In this document: piece after piece, positions 11,331-25,495 of the stretch
How positions within the stretch are numbered: position 1 is the first letter of the stretch
Layout: each line of letters starts with the position of its first letter
Assembly: GCF_963921235.1 (NCBI RefSeq)
Contig: NC_086097.1
Span: 125,986,001-126,050,000, forward strand
From: Mobula hypostoma
Taxonomy: Eukaryota
Length of the DNA: 64,000 bases
Direction of reading: 5' to 3'
Program-made: the position numbers and the translations under genes
The notes under the pieces: model-generated
Database searches by the model: none
What the model saw: the letters and a program-made list of their open reading frames with translations, nothing else
What the model was told of the DNA's origin: nothing

Positions 11331-11754
11331 AAAAAGATTCTGCAGATGCTGGAAATCCAGAGCAAAACACAAAATGCTGGAGGAATGACCTGGTTGAGCT
11401 CCTTCAGCAATTTTTGTATTGTTGTACCCTTAAATCGAACTAATGGTAAGTTGTGCCAGAGATGCTGATTCAACTGGAATTGTAATTCCAATGCTGAACT
11501 TGGCTTCTGTCAGTGTGGAGTTGTCTCTGTGACTGCAGGGCTTTCTTCTGAATGCCACCCGTATTCCAAAGAGGTTAGTTATCCACTATAAATTGCCCCT
11601 AGTGTATAGGTAGTGGTAGAATCTGAAGGAAGTGGATGAGAATCTGGGGACAATAAAAACAACGAGTTTAATGTAGCATTGGTGTCAATGGGTAGTTGAT
11701 GGTCAACAAAGACTCAATGGGTTGAAGGGCCCGTTTCTATGTATGCCTCACAAG

Positions 11755-12930
11755 CCTGATTGATGTAACAAAGCCCATTGATGAAAGTAAAGCAGTGGAT
11801 AGGGTGTATCTGGAATTCAGTGGGACATTTGATAAGGATCAGTCAGGAAGTCAGGAGGTATGGGATCCAGGAAAACATGGCTGTGTGGGTTCAGAATTGG
11901 CTTGTCCACAGAAAGCAGAGGATGGTTATAGATGAAGTGTATTCTGCCTGGAGAACGGTGACCAGTGGTGTTCCATAGGGATCAGTTATGGAACTCCTGC
12001 TCTACGTGATGTTCCTAAATCATTTGGAAGAGTGAGTTAGTAAGTTTGCGGATGACATGAAGGTTGGTGGAGTTGTGAACAGTGTAGAAGGTTGTTGTAG
12101 GTTGCAACAAAACGTTGGCGGAATTCAGAGCTGGGCTGAAAAGTGGCAGGCAGAATTCAACCTGGAAAAGTGTGAAGTGATTCACTTTGGAAGGTCGAGT
12201 TTGAAGACAGAATATAAGCTTAATGGCAGGATTATTAGCAGTGTGGAAGAACAGAGGGATCTTGGGATTCATGTCCATAGATCCCTCAAGGTTGCCATTC
12301 AAGTTAATAGGGTTGTTAAGAAGCTGTATGGTGTGTAGGCCTTCATTAGTTGGGAATTGTGTTCAAGAGCCATGCTGTAATGTTATAACTTTGTAAAACC
12401 CTGGTTTAACCAAACTTGAACACTTGTATTCGGTTCTGGTCACCTCATTATAGAAAGGATGTGGTATCTTTAGAGATGGTGAAGTGGGGATTTATCAGGA
12501 TGCTGCCTGGATTAGAGGGCCTGTCTTATGAGTATAGGTTGAGTGAGCTAAGGTTTTCCTCTTTGGAGTGAAGGAGGATGAGATGTGACTTGATAGAGGT
12601 GTACAAGATGATAAGAGGCATAGATTGAGAGGATAGCCAGAGACATTTTCTTCGGGTGAAAGTTGCTAAAATGAGGGGTTTTAAGGTGCTTGGAGGAAAA
12701 TATATGGGGGATGTTAGAGCTAAGGTTTTACACAGAGAATGGTGAGTGCATGGAATGGAATAGCAGGGGTGGTGGTAGAGGTAAATACATTAGGGACACT
12801 TAAGAAACTTAGAAAGACATGGATGATTGAAAAATGGAGGGATATGTAGGAGGAAAGGGTTAGATTGATCTTAGAGTAGGTTAAAATATTGGCACAACAA
12901 AGGCCTTTACTGTGTTGTTATGTTCTATGT
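11755..12930 (+). mobile_element. Old CR1 LINE 3' fragment
   Basis: VTSGVP, KFADD, FNLEKCEVIHFGR and EQRDLGIHVHRSLK remnants. Confidence 0.8.
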
Positions 12931-13309
12931 ATGACTCTCAGACCCTTCTTAGGCCTTCTGTGAAGAACACCATTGGCAAACCATACCACTTCCTACTCTC
13001 AATTGTCCAGGTCATGCAGAATGCCCATTCAACCTTCCCCCCTCCTCTAATGTTACAAACCATTCCCCGTCCAACATGTTTCTCAGGGCTCTTCGCACGG
13101 AGGTTAGTCTCTTGTTAATTGAGCTCCAATGCAACATACTGCAGTGTAGAGACAGTTCCTCTCAGAGAATTTGAAGACCGGAGCCAGTGTCCATCATTTG
13201 GACTTGATGTTAGCAGTGGTCATAATAATTTTTTGACTAAAATTGGAACTTTGAGGTGCTTTAGCATAGATGGCAGTGAGAATTCAATACCTGCACATCT
13301 GTAAATGTG

Positions 13310-13654
13310 AATATAATTCAGAGATGGTGATGAAATATTTCAGCTCCAGCTTGAGAAGCAACTTGGATCCGCTCCAATTTGCCTACCAGAGCAACAGGTT
13401 CACAGCAGATGCCAGTTCATTGGCTCGTCACTCAACCCTGAAACATCTGGAGAGCAAAGGTACATACACCCGGGTGCTCTTTGTCGAATACAGCTCAGCA
13501 TTTGATAGCGTCATCCCCTCAGAACTAATCAATAAGCTCCAAGACCTTGGCATCAATTCCTCCTTGTGCAACTGGATCCTTGATTTCCTCGCTAGCAGAG
13601 CTCAGTCAGTTAGGACTGGCAACAAAATCTCCTTCGTGATTTCTGTCAGCACAG
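13310..13654 (+). mobile_element. Rex1/Babar-like LINE RT fragment
   Basis: LDPLQFAY..NR..ADA, LFVEYSSAFDSVIP and LCNWILDFL motifs. Confidence 0.8.
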
Positions 13655-14170
13655 AATGTACAGGAAAGATATTGATAAGATTGAAAGAGTGCAGAGAAAA
13701 TTTACAAAGATGCTGCTGGGACTTGAGAACCTGAGTTATAGGGAAAGGCTGAACAACTTAGGACTTCATTCCCTAGAATGTAGGAGAATGAGGGGAGATT
13801 TGATAGAGGTGTACAAAATTATGAGGGGTTTAGATTTGGTGGATGCAAGCAGGCTTTTTCCACTGAGGTTGGGTGAGACATGAAGTAGAGGTCATAGTTT
13901 AAGGGTGAAAACAAAAGTGTTTAAGGGGAACATGAGGAGCATCGTCTTCACTCAGAGGGTGGTGAGAGTGTGGATCGAGCTTCCAGCAGAAGTGGAGGAT
14001 GTGGGTTCATTCTCAATGTTTAAGGGAAATTTAGATTGGTACATGGATGGGAGGGTTATGGAGGGCTATGGTCCAGGTGCCAGTTGATAGGACTAGGCAG
14101 AATAATAGTTCGGCATGGACTAGTTGGGCCAAAGGGCCTGTTTCTGTACTGTGGTGTTCTATGACTTTGT
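13655..14170 (+). mobile_element. Old CR1 LINE 3' end
   Basis: YRKDIDKIERVQRKFTKML...RRMRGDLIEVYKIMRG, followed by a CR1-type 3' UTR. Confidence 0.8.
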
Positions 14171-15207
14171 GACTATTATAAAACAGCAGCAAGCCCAAGG
14201 CCAGATTAAACACTAATTAAACTCTGAAAAATGCCTGGATCACAATAAACAGGCTGTGCCACAAGGAATATATGCAAGTTGGGGAGTTTATCTACAAGAC
14301 TTCTGGCAGATTTGCCTACTAACCATTCTCCTACGACTGCGAGTTTCCTCACAGTGCTCCTGCTTCCTCCCACATTACAAAGGCGTACGGGTTAGTTAGG
14401 GATAGTAAGTCGTCGAAATGCTGTGTTGTCGCTGGAAGTGTGACAACACTGGCGGGCTAACCCCAGCACGTCCTCGGACTGTGCTGATTGTTAACGCAAA
14501 CAACGCCTTTCACTCTAGGCTCAAGATCGACATGCTTCTCTGAAAGAAGCAACATACAACTTACAGCTGAAGTTAGAAATGTGATAAGAGACAGGAGGCC
14601 TCAACTTATTTAACTTTATGTAATTGTATCGTGTCCCTCATCCCCGAACTCCTGCCTCTTTATTTCTAAAACCATCCTTGAAAGATCTACAGTGATAGTC
14701 ATCAACTACTCAAACAGAAGACTTGTCCTTGCGATGCACCATCACATACTATATAGTCAGGTCTATGTCTCCCAGTTAGTTTTCTTTCATGTGTACTTCA
14801 GTTCTTGTGCAGCTTCTTGACAGTGCCTACCTATTAACAATGAAACCTGTCTTATATGTATCCTGTCTTACACAGCAGTATAAATTTTGCAGTTACAAAA
14901 AAAAAACTCCTAGCAAATAAAATCTGGGACATAAAGATTTACCACCGGGCATGGCATAACTGGGCCATCTCACAGCTAAACAGGACAATCTTTAAATTAG
15001 GTAAGGATGAAGAGGAAGTATCAAGGAACCACTGACTAATAATATTAACAAAACACGAATAAAACTAAAACAACAAAAAGAGGATATTCAAAATTTGTGA
15101 GTGTCTCTGTCTGTTGCCAGTTTTTCTGCTGTCTTCTGGAAGGTGACCCCCCCCCCATTGCAATAAGCAACAGCAGCTTATTCAATCACGTTAAGATATT
15201 AATATGT

Positions 15208-15470
15208 GTGCCACAGTATAGTAGTGGTTAGCACGACACTATTACAGCTAGGGGCGTTGGAGTTTGGAGTTCATTTCCGATGCAGCCTGTAAGATCTTTG
15301 TACATCTTTCCTGTGAGCAGGTGGTTTTCGTCCCTCAATCCAGTTAGTAGGCTAATAGGTCATTGTAAATTGTCTTGTGATTAGGCTGGCGTTCAATAGG
15401 TGGGTTGCTAGGTGGGGCGGCTCATTTGGGCCAGAAGAACTTGTTCCTCACTACTTCTCTAAATAATAAA
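15208..15470 (+). mobile_element. Degenerate tRNA-derived V-SINE (HE1-like)
   Basis: A-box-like TAGTGGTTAGC, B-box-like GAGTTCATTTCC; body similar to 45038-45283. Confidence 0.6.
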
Positions 15471-17689
15471 AAAATATTAATTTTATATACCACTGGGTCC
15501 AGGAACAGTTATTACCCTTCAACCATCAGGTTCCTGAACCAGTGGAGATAACTTTACTCGCCTCATCAATGAACTGATTTCACAACCTATGGACTCACTT
15601 TCAATGACTGAACAACTCATGCTCTCAGTTATATATCTATATGCATTTGCAGTCGGTCTTTTTGCACATTGGTTGTTTGTTGGCCTTTGTGTGTAGTTTT
15701 TCATTGATTCTGTTGTATTTCTTTGTTCTACTGTGAATGCCTGTAAGAAAATGAATCTCAGGGTAGTATATGGTGACACATATGTACTTTGATAATAAAT
15801 TTACTTTGAATTTTGATATTACTATCATTTTCCACGGAAGGTTTATAGAAAAACCTTTTATTTAATCACAGTATTTCAAAGCAAAATTGACCAACGTGAG
15901 TTTAATAAAGTATGGAAATGAAAGATGCTCAAGATTCAAGTTTCTTTATCACGTGTATATCAAAGCAGACAGTAAAATGCGTCATTTGCGTTAATAACCA
16001 ACACATCTGGGTATATGCTAGGGGCAGCCCACTAGAGTCACCACACATTCCAGTACCAACATGGCATCCCCACAGTGCTCAGCAGAACAACACAGAACAC
16101 AACAAAACAAGCCCTGTTCCTTCCTCCCACCCACCCACCCACACGTACAGTCCTTTAACCCCCAAGACAGACTGTCATCTTCGGCCTCCAGCTGACTCTG
16201 ATATGCAGACACTGGGCCTTTGGCTACCCAAGCAGATTTGCAGACTGAGGGCTCTGGCCAACAGGCCTTAATTTCTGGACTTCCAGTTCAAATTTTGGGC
16301 CTCAAAATGTATCAACAAATGTTTGGTCCACAGGAGATAGGGAGACACTGGTTGCAAATGCTGTGAAGGCATTGTTTTCACCAGGCGCACCTTTGATGCC
16401 TTTCAGGACAATGTAAGATTTACATCACCACTCAGGCCATACTAACGTGCTGCTTGCTGCTGCCATTAGGAAGGAAGGAGGTACTAGAGTCTAAGGTCCT
16501 GCATCACCAGGTTCAGGAACAGATATTACCCTTCAACCATAAGGCTCCTGAACCAGTGAGAATAATTTGATTCAATGCAACTCTGATCTGATTCCACAAC
16601 TTCTGGAGTAACTTTCAAAGGCTCTACAATTCACGGTCTCAGAATGATTTATTAACTCATTCACTTGTTTTTTTTAAAAACAAGTTTTTTTTAAAATTTG
16701 CATTGGTTGTTTGTCAATGTTTCTTGTGTAGTTTTTCATCGACTATTGTATTCCTTTGATCTACTGTGAATGCCCACAAAAAAAATAAACCTCAAGGTGG
16801 CATATACATATTTGATAATAAATTCACTTTGAACTTTGAACTTTGAATAGAGGTCAACAGGTAAGAAACTGCAGCGAGCTTTCGTTTATTTGTCCAGTCT
16901 GAGATGAAGCTGTTTGATTTTGCTCATTTGGTAGCAGCTTACTGGTTAGAAGGCTGCGAACATTCCAGAGGTTTGGTGGCAAAATGTTAGGATATCACTC
17001 CAGTGAGTACAGAGCAAGTACTGAGGTACTGGATGTGCTGCTGTTCCAATAAGATGAAGTGAGACTAAATGTCAAATTAAGGAACAGAGGCTCGCCAATG
17101 GCCATCACAATCCCTCAACCAACAAAATAAAAATGCACTATCTGCTTATAATCACTATGCTTTCTGCAGGAGGTTGAAATTCCTGTACCTAATAAAGTGG
17201 CCACTGAGTGTAGGTTTGTGGTCTTCTATTTTCGTTTACTAATATGATTTGATTAGTTTTCTAACCTGAACTCTGAGAGGGCATTCTCTGAGAAATAGTT
17301 CTGATGTTCTTTTCTCATTCACCTCCAGATCATGCCTAGGGAATTTCATATTGTTGATCTGTAGCTTTTGATCCAAATTCCCAGATCTAGAAGAGGTCAT
17401 GATTATCCACCATCAATTAATTAAAGGTCAAGTATCAGACTGGCTTGTAATAAGTAAACATATTTGTTGATGACGTGACTTGAAAGAGGCGTACAAGATG
17501 ATAAGAGGGCTAGATTGAGTGGATAGCCATAAACTTTTTGCCAGGGCGGACATGGCTAATGTAAGAGGGCATAATTTAAGGTTATAGTCAGGATGTCAGA
17601 GTTAAGTTTCCTACACGTTAACGTTCATATTTCAGTATTTGCAAGATGAGAATCTAGGTTCAGGCTTACTTGATGAAATCATTAATAAA

Positions 17690-18650
17690 GATCACAGTAA
17701 ATTTATTATCGAAGTGCATACTGTATATGTCACCATATACAAACCCGAGGTTCATTTTCTTGCAAACATACTCAATATCCATAAAAAATAATAATTATAA
17801 TCAAATCAATGAAAGACTGCACCAACAGGGTGGACAACCAGTGTGCAAAAGACAAGAAGCTGTGCAAATACAAAAAGAAAGAAATAATAACATAAATAAA
17901 TAAATAAGCAACAAATATTGAGAACATGAGACAACAAATCCTTGAAAGTGAATCCATAGGGTGTGGGAACATTTTGGTGATGGGGGCAAGTGAAGTTATT
18001 CCCTTTGGTTCAAGAGCCTGATGGTTGAGAGGTAATAACTGGTGGTGTGAGTCCTGAGGCTCCTGTACCTTCTTGATTCTTGAGCAGTGAGAAGAGAGTA
18101 CGATCTGGGTGGTGGGGTTCGTGGTGAAGGATGCTACCTTCCTGCAACAACACTGTAGATGTGGGGAGAGTTTTACCCATGATGGACTAGGCTGTATCCA
18201 CCACCTTTTGTAAGGTTTTCCATTCAAGGGCATTGGTGTTTCCATACCAGGTTATGATGCAGCTGCTGAACATACTCTCCACCACACATCTATAGAAGTT
18301 TGTCAGATTTTTAGACATCATGCCAAATCCTCGCGAACTCCGAAGGAAGTAGAAGCGTTGCATGCTTTCTTCGTAATTGTCCAGGGCTGATCCTCCAAAA
18401 TAATAAGACCAAGGAATTTAAAGTTGCTGACCCTCTCCACCTCGGATCCTCTGATGAGGACTGGCTCATGGGCCTCTGGCTTCCTCCTCCTGCAGTTGTT
18501 AATCAGCTCCTCGGACTTGCTGAAATGGAGTAAGAGTTTGTTGTTGTGACGTATTTTCAATCACCCTCCTATATTCTGATTCATCACCACCTTTGATTTG
18601 GCTCACTACGGTGGTGTCGTCAGCAAACTTGAATATGACATTGGAGGACA
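17690..18650 (-). mobile_element. Rex1/Babar-like LINE 3' portion
   Basis: Minus-strand KFADDTTVV and EVERVSNFKFLG remnants, followed by the family's AT-rich 3' UTR. Confidence 0.75.
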
Positions 18651-19569
18651 TATTTGTATTATGAATTTTCAGAGGTGGGGTGATAGTGAGACCCTTGGGA
18701 GCAAGTCAGCATTTTACTAAGTGTGGCACTGAGGTGCCTTGGCAATTTGAAATAAATGGGCACCAAGCCTCAGTAAGGGGTAAAGGAGTTCTTCAGAGCA
18801 GTGTCCCAGAACCAGCCATCTTCAGCTGCTTCATCCGTGACCTTCTTTCCATGATGAGGTCAGAAACGCAGATGTTTGCTGATGAAGACGTAACTTTCAG
18901 ATCCGTTCACAACTCCTCACCCCCCTTGTCATCTACACAGGTCAGACATCCATGACTAAATTTGCCATTGCCTTCTCCACAGCCTTTGGTCAACTGATCA
19001 GATTCAGATTTATTTATCACACGTACAGTGAAACGTGTCACTTGCATCAACAACGCGACCTGGGGGTGTGCGGGGGGACAGCCCATAAGTGTCACCACGC
19101 ATGCCCACGAAGCTGGACAGATAAGCACACAACACACGACCGAGGAAAGGATTGTTAGAGATCAGATCAAATGGCTCGGTACAATAAGTCATCCACTGAT
19201 CAGCAGTGATCTTTACCCTCCGATGTGTTTCCGAGACCTGAATTACCTTCTGCAGGAAGTTCAGGGCTCTGGAAGGAACACCTTAGCTGCCAATAAAGTA
19301 TTTAATAAGAAGTGAGTTTCAAGATTCAGAATCTCTGAAACTGACATCAAAATACTGTTCCTGCAAAATCTTCTGGAAGGATAAAATGAACTAATGTGAG
19401 AATCCTCTCCAATGCCGGTATCCCCAACATTATTCTCAGAGGCTAAAGATTGGAGGTCAGAGACCTGTTCTGGGGTTGGAGACATTCCAGGCCCCGGGAT
19501 ATTGTTGTAGGATTCCTCAGGACAGTGTCCTGTGCTCAATCATCTTCAACTGCTTCTTCAGTGACCTTC

Positions 19570-22500
19570 AGTGCAGGAAATGTGTCCAGCAGCAGCTTCT
19601 GGCAGACCACATTGAGCAGCTGGAGCTGCAATTGGATTCATACTGGAGCATCCGCGATGCTGAGAAAGTCGTGAATAGCACGTTCAGTGAGTTGGCCACA
19701 CCGCAGCTAAAGGCTACAAAGGCAGAAAGGGAATGGGTGGCCACTAGACCGCGTAGCAGTAGGCAGGTAGTGCAGGAGTCCCCTGAGGTCATCTCCCTCC
19801 TAAACAGATATACTGTTTTGGATACTGTTGGGGGAGATGTCTCAACAGGGGAAGGCAGCAGCAGCCAAGCTCATGGCACCATGGGTGGCTCTGCAGCACA
19901 GGAGGGAAGGAAAAGGAGTGGGAGAGCTATAGTGATAGGGGATTCGATTGTAAGGGGAATAGATAGGCATTTCTGTGGCTGCAAACGAGACACTAGGAGG
20001 GTATGTTGCCTCCCTGGTGCAAGGGTCAAGGATATCTCTGAGTGGCTGCAGGACATTCTGGAGTGGGAAGGTGAACAGCCAGTGGTCGTGGTGCACATGG
20101 TTGTTCGTCCATCATTGACGTCGATGAGGACCTGGACACCATAATGATGGTGTCGCGACTGGCGCGTGATTTGGATTTAAGTGAGGGAGAGTTGCGTAGC
20201 GTCAGCCTCACTCTCTCTTCCCAATTCCCATCTGGATCCAGTGGCAAGACAGAGTCGAGATGGCTGGAGATGGGACTAGGCGCAGTAGATGACCAGGACA
20301 TCTTCTGTGTCTTGTCCTGCTCTACACGTTCCACGACGCTTGCAGAGACCGCCTTCTTGACCATTGGACCTTCCATTTGTCTTGTCCGCTCAATCCGCCG
20401 GAGTCTGTCTTCACATGCTGGGATAGACAACTCCCTATAGGTACACATAGGTACCAACGATATAGGTAAAAAATGGGATGAGGTCCAACAAGGTGAATTT
20501 AGGGAGTTGGGAGATAAACTAAAAAGTAGGACCACAAAGGTAATAATCTCTGGATTACTACCAGTGCCACGTGCTAGTCAGAGTAGAAATAGGAGGATAT
20601 TTCAGATGAATACGTGGCTTGAAAAATGGTGCAAGGGGGAGGGATTCAAATTTCTGGGGCATTGGAACCAGTTCTGGAGGAGGTGGAACCGGTACAAACC
20701 GGACGGTCTGCATCTGGGCTGGACTGGAACCAATGTCCTAGGGGGAGCGTTTGCTACTGTTGTTCAGGAGGATTTAAGTTAATGTGGCAGGGGGATGGGA
20801 ACAAGTGCAGAGAGACAGAGGGGTGTAAAATGAGGGTAGAAGCAAAAAGTAGAAAGGCGAAAAGTAAAAGTGGCAGGGCAGCAAATCCAGGGCAAAAGTC
20901 AAAAAGGGCTACTTTTCAACATAATTGTATAAGGGCTAAGAGTGTTGTAAAAGCAAGCCTGAAGGCTTTGTGTGTCAATGCAAGGAGCATTTGTAATAAG
21001 GTGGATGAATTGAATGTGCAGATAGTTATTAATGAATATGATATAGTTGGGATCACAGAGACATGGCTCCAGGGTGACCAAGGATGGGAGCTCAACATTC
21101 AGGGATATTCAATATTCAGGAGGTATAGACATGAAAGCAAAGGAGGTGGGTGACATTGCTGGTTAGAGAGGAGATTAACACAATAGAAAGGAAGGACATT
21201 AGCCGGGAGGATGTGGAACCGATATGGGTAGAGCTGCATAATATTAAGGGGCAGAAAACACTGGTGGGAGTTGTGTACAGGCCACCTAACAGTAGTAGTG
21301 AGGTTGGAGATGGCATTAAACAGGAAATTAGAATTGCGTGTAATAAAGGAACAACAGTTATAATGGGTGACTTCAATCTACATATAGATTGGGTGAATCA
21401 AATTGATAAGGGTGCTGAGGAAGAGAATTTCTTGGAATGTATGCGGGATAGTTTTCTGAACCAAAATGTCGAGGAACCAACTAGAGAGGAGGCCATTCTA
21501 GACTGGGTATTGAGCAATGAGGAAGGTTAGTTAGCAATCTTGTCGTGTGAGGCCCCTTGGGTAAGAATGACCATAATATGGTGGAATTCTTCATTAAGAT
21601 GGAGAGTGATATAGTTAATTCAGTAACAAAGGTTCTGAACTTAAAGAAGGGTAACTTTGAAAGTATGAGACGTGAATTAGCTAAGATAGACTGGCAAATG
21701 ATACTTAAAAGGTTGAGGGTGGATATGCAATGGCAAGCATTTAAAGATTACATGGATGAACTACAACAATTGTTCATCCCAGTTTGGCAAAAGAATAAAC
21801 CAGGGAAGGTAGTGCACCCGTGGCTGACAAGGGAAATTAGGGATAGTATCAATTCCAAAGAAGAAACATACAAATTAGCCAGAAAAAGCGGCACACCTGA
21901 GGAGTGGGAGAAATTCAGAGTCCAGCAGAGGAGGACAAAGGGCTTAATTAGGAAAGGGGAAAAAAGATTATGAGAGAAAGCTGGCAGGGAACATAAAAAC
22001 TGACTGTAAAAGCTTTTATAGATATGTGAAAAGAAAAAGATTGGTTAAGACAAATGTAGGTCCCTTACAGTCAGAAACAGGTGAATTGATCATGGGGAAC
22101 AAGGACATGGCAGACCAATTGAATAACTACTTTGGTTCTGTCTTCGCTAAGGAGGACATAAATAATCTTTTGGAAATAGTAGGGGACCGAGGGTCTAGTG
22201 AGATGGAGGAACTGAGGGAAATATATGTTAGTAGGGAAGTGGTGTTACGTAAATTGAAGGGATTAAAGGAAGATAAATCCCCAGGGCCAGATGGTCTGCA
22301 TCCCAGAGCGCTTAAGGAAGTAGCCCAAGAAATAATGGATGTATTAGTGATAATTTTTCAAAACTCTTTAGATTCTGGATTAATTCCTGAGGATTGGAGG
22401 GTGGTTAATGTAACCCCACTTTTTAAAAAAGGAGGGAGAGAGAAACCAGGGAATTATAGACTGGTTAGCCTGACATCGGTGGTGGGGAAAATGCTAGAGT

Positions 22501-23859
22501 CAGTTATCAAAGATGTGATAACAGCACATTTGGAAAGCGGTGAAATCATCGGACAAAGTCAGCATGGATTTGTGAAAGGAAAATCATGTCTGACGAATCT
22601 CATTGAATTTTTTGAGGATGTAACTAGTAGAGTGGATAGGGGAGAACCAGTGGATGTAGTATATTTGGATTTTCAAAAGTCTTTTGACAAGGTTCCACAC
22701 AGGAGATTAGTGTGCAAACTTAAAGCACACAGTATTGGGGGTAAGGTATTGATGTGGATAGAGAATTGGTCAGCAGACAGGAAGCAAAGAGTGGGAATAA
22801 ATGGGTCCTTTTCAGAATGGCAGGCAGTGCCTAGTGGGGTACCGCAAGGCTCAGTGCTGGGACCCCAGCTGTTTACAATATATATTAATGACTTAGACGA
22901 TGGAATTAAATGCAGCATCTCCAAGTTTGCGGATGACACGAAGCTGGGCGGCAGTGTTAGCTGTGAGGAGGATGCAAAGAGGATGCAGGATGACTTGGAT
23001 AGGTTAGGTGAGTGGACAAATTCATGGCAGATGCAATTTAATGTGGATAAATGTGAGGTTATCCACTTTGGTGGCAAGAACAGGAAAACAGATTATTATC
23101 TGAATGGTGGCCGATTAGGAAAAGGGGAGGTGCAACGAGACCTGGGTGTCATTGTACACCAGTCATTGAAAGTGGGCATACAGGTACAGCAGGCAGTGAA
23201 AAAGGCGAATGGTATGCTGGCATTCATTGCAAAAGGATTCGAGTACAGGAGCAGGGAGGTACTACTGCAGTTGTACAAGGCCTTGGTGAGACCACACCTG
23301 GAGTATTGTGTGCAATTTTAGTCCCCTAATCTGAGGAAAGACATTCTTGCTATAGAGGGAGTACAAATAAGGTTCACCAGATTGATTCCTGGGATGGCAG
23401 GACTTTCATATGAAGAAAGACTGGATTGACTAGGCTTATATTCGCTGGAATTTAGAAGATTGTGGGGGATCTTATTGAAACATATAAAATTCTAAAGGGA
23501 TTGGACAGGCTAGATGCAGGAAGACTGTTCCCGATGTTGGGGAAGTCCAGAACGAGGGGTCACAGTTTGAGGATAAAGGGGAAGCCTTTTAGGACCAAGA
23601 TGAGGAAAAACTTCTTCACACAGAGAGTGGTGAATCTGTGGAATTCTCTGCCACAGGAAACAGTTGAGGCCAGTTCGTTGGCTATATTTAAGAGGGAATT
23701 AGATATGGCCCTTGTGGCTAAAGTGATCAGGGGGTATGGAGAGAAGGTAGGTACAGGGTTGTGAGTTCGATGATCAGCCATGATCATACTGAATGGTGGT
23801 GCAGGCTCGAAAGGCCGAATGACCTACTCCTGCACCTATTTTCTATGTTTCTATGTTTC
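19570..23859 (+). mobile_element. Near-full-length young CR1 LINE (ORF1 SGNH esterase; ORF2 APE endonuclease + RT), disabled
   Basis: ORF1: CRKC..LELQL, AIVIGDSIVRG, VVVHIGTND (split by an insert), DGLHL. ORF2: NARSICNK, GITETWL, GVVYRPP, MGDFN, YLDFQKSFDKVPH, GVPQGSVLGP, FADDTKL. (TTTCTATG)n tail. Several stops and frameshifts. Confidence 0.95.
20099..20439 (-). mobile_element. RTE-derived short non-autonomous element inserted in CR1 ORF1
   Basis: TSD GGTRCACAT (20090-20098 and 20440-20448) splits the VVVH/IGTND motif; minus-strand 3' end GGACGAACAAC is RTE-like; CpGs retained. Confidence 0.7.
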
Positions 23860-24937
23860 CAGAAGGCCAGAAGGCCAGAAGAGGACGTTCACTCATGATT
23901 GCACAGTCTTCAGCTCTCGTCAGAGTTCCTGAGGACTTGAAGCCCCCGTACCTGCGTGCAGCAAGATCTGGACAACATTCAGACGTGGGCTCAGAGTGGC
24001 AGGTGAGATTCCTGCCACCAAAGTGAGAGGCAATGAACATAGAACATGGAACAGTACAGGCACAGGACCAGGTCCTTTGGCTCAGCATGTGCTGAACACA
24101 ATGTCAAATTAAACCGTGTGAGAGGGTGGTTGGACGGGAGGGTGGAAAAGGGGCTTGTTTTTCTGTCATTGTTGTTGATGATGATGATGCTCGTGTTGCT
24201 CTGCTGAACATGGTGTCATGCTGTGTTGGTGCCAGAATGTGTGGCAACACTTGTGGACTGCCCCCAGCACATCTGTAAGTTGTGTTGGTTGTTAATGCAA
24301 ACAGGGCATCCCACTGTGTGTTTGGGTGTATGTGTGATAACTAAACGAATCTGAATCTGATGTTCCCATTATGCCCCTGAGCTACGCCTGGGGTTGGCAT
24401 GCCTGACACCGCCTCTCAAAATATCCATTCTGTTACCCAACGAAATTACCTGGCAGACATAGCAAAAGTAGACAACAGAGGTGCTCATAGTTTCCTTAAA
24501 AACTGCAATGTCCCTGCTGATCCTTGGGATTTGTCAGTCCATGACCACTCAGAGTGAAGGAGGAAGATTCTGGGGTGTTATTGAGAACCTTGCGTCATTA
24601 ATGTACACCCACAAGTTGTGTGTAGCATCTCATCGATTATCCACCCACCCACCCATTCTAAGGACCGCTCCACTCTAAGGAAGAGGCTGTGGTCCCCACC
24701 TTGGCCCCCATCAGGCACCCACAAATCCTCAGAACCAGGATGAACTAGTCATCCTCAATCGAAGGAAATGCCTGAGAAAAATAAGGCAAGGTGCCCCCGT
24801 GCATTAGTTGCTAGTTGACGTTCTCCATGGACTAAAACATCTGGGCCATGCAAAATACAGGTAACCACCATCTCCGTGACAGAACCCTTGAAATGACTCA
24901 GCTAATTAGTGTGTGCCCAGCTCACTGTTTGTAGCTA

Positions 24938-25495
24938 CGATCAGTGGCCACTTTATTAGGTACCTCCTGTATTTAGTAAAGTGGCCACTGAGTGTATGTT
25001 TGTGGTCTTCTGCTGCTGTAGCCCATCTAGCTCAAGGTTCGATATGTTGTGTGTTCAGAGGAGCTCTTCTGTGCGCCACTGTGGTAATGCCTGGTTAGTT
25101 TAGTCCCTGTTCCCTCCTAGCTTGAACCAGTATGGCCATTCTCCCCTGACCTCTCATTAACAAAGCCTTTTCACCCACTGAACTGCCGCCCATTGGATGT
25201 CTTTGGTTTCTCGCACCACTCTCTGTAAACTCTAGAGACAGTGGTGTGTCCCAGGAGATCAGCAGTTTCTAAGATTGTGAAAACCACCCTGTCTGGCACC
25301 AACAATCATTCCAGAGTCAAAGTCACTTAGATCACATTTCTTCTCCATTCTGATGTTTGGTCTGAACAACAAGTGAACCTCTTGACCATGTCTGAGTGCT
25401 TTTATGCATTGAGTTACTGCCTCGTGATTGGCTGATTAGACATTTGCATTAATGACCAGGTGTGCAGGTGTACCTAATAAAGTGGCCACTGAGTG
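24938..25495 (+). mobile_element. Tc1-type MITE, copy 2
   Basis: Same TIRs and body as 8374-8925; TA flanks. Confidence 0.85.

Noticed and set aside
20026..20535. 169-aa minus-strand ORF and the overlapping 98-aa plus-strand ORF
   Set aside because: Chance frames across the RTE-derived insert and the CR1 antisense strand; no recognisable domain.
22026..23321. Active LINE or domesticated reverse transcriptase gene (431 aa)
   Set aside because: It is part of a CR1 ORF2 broken by upstream and downstream stops and frameshifts, with ORF1 interrupted by an insertion.
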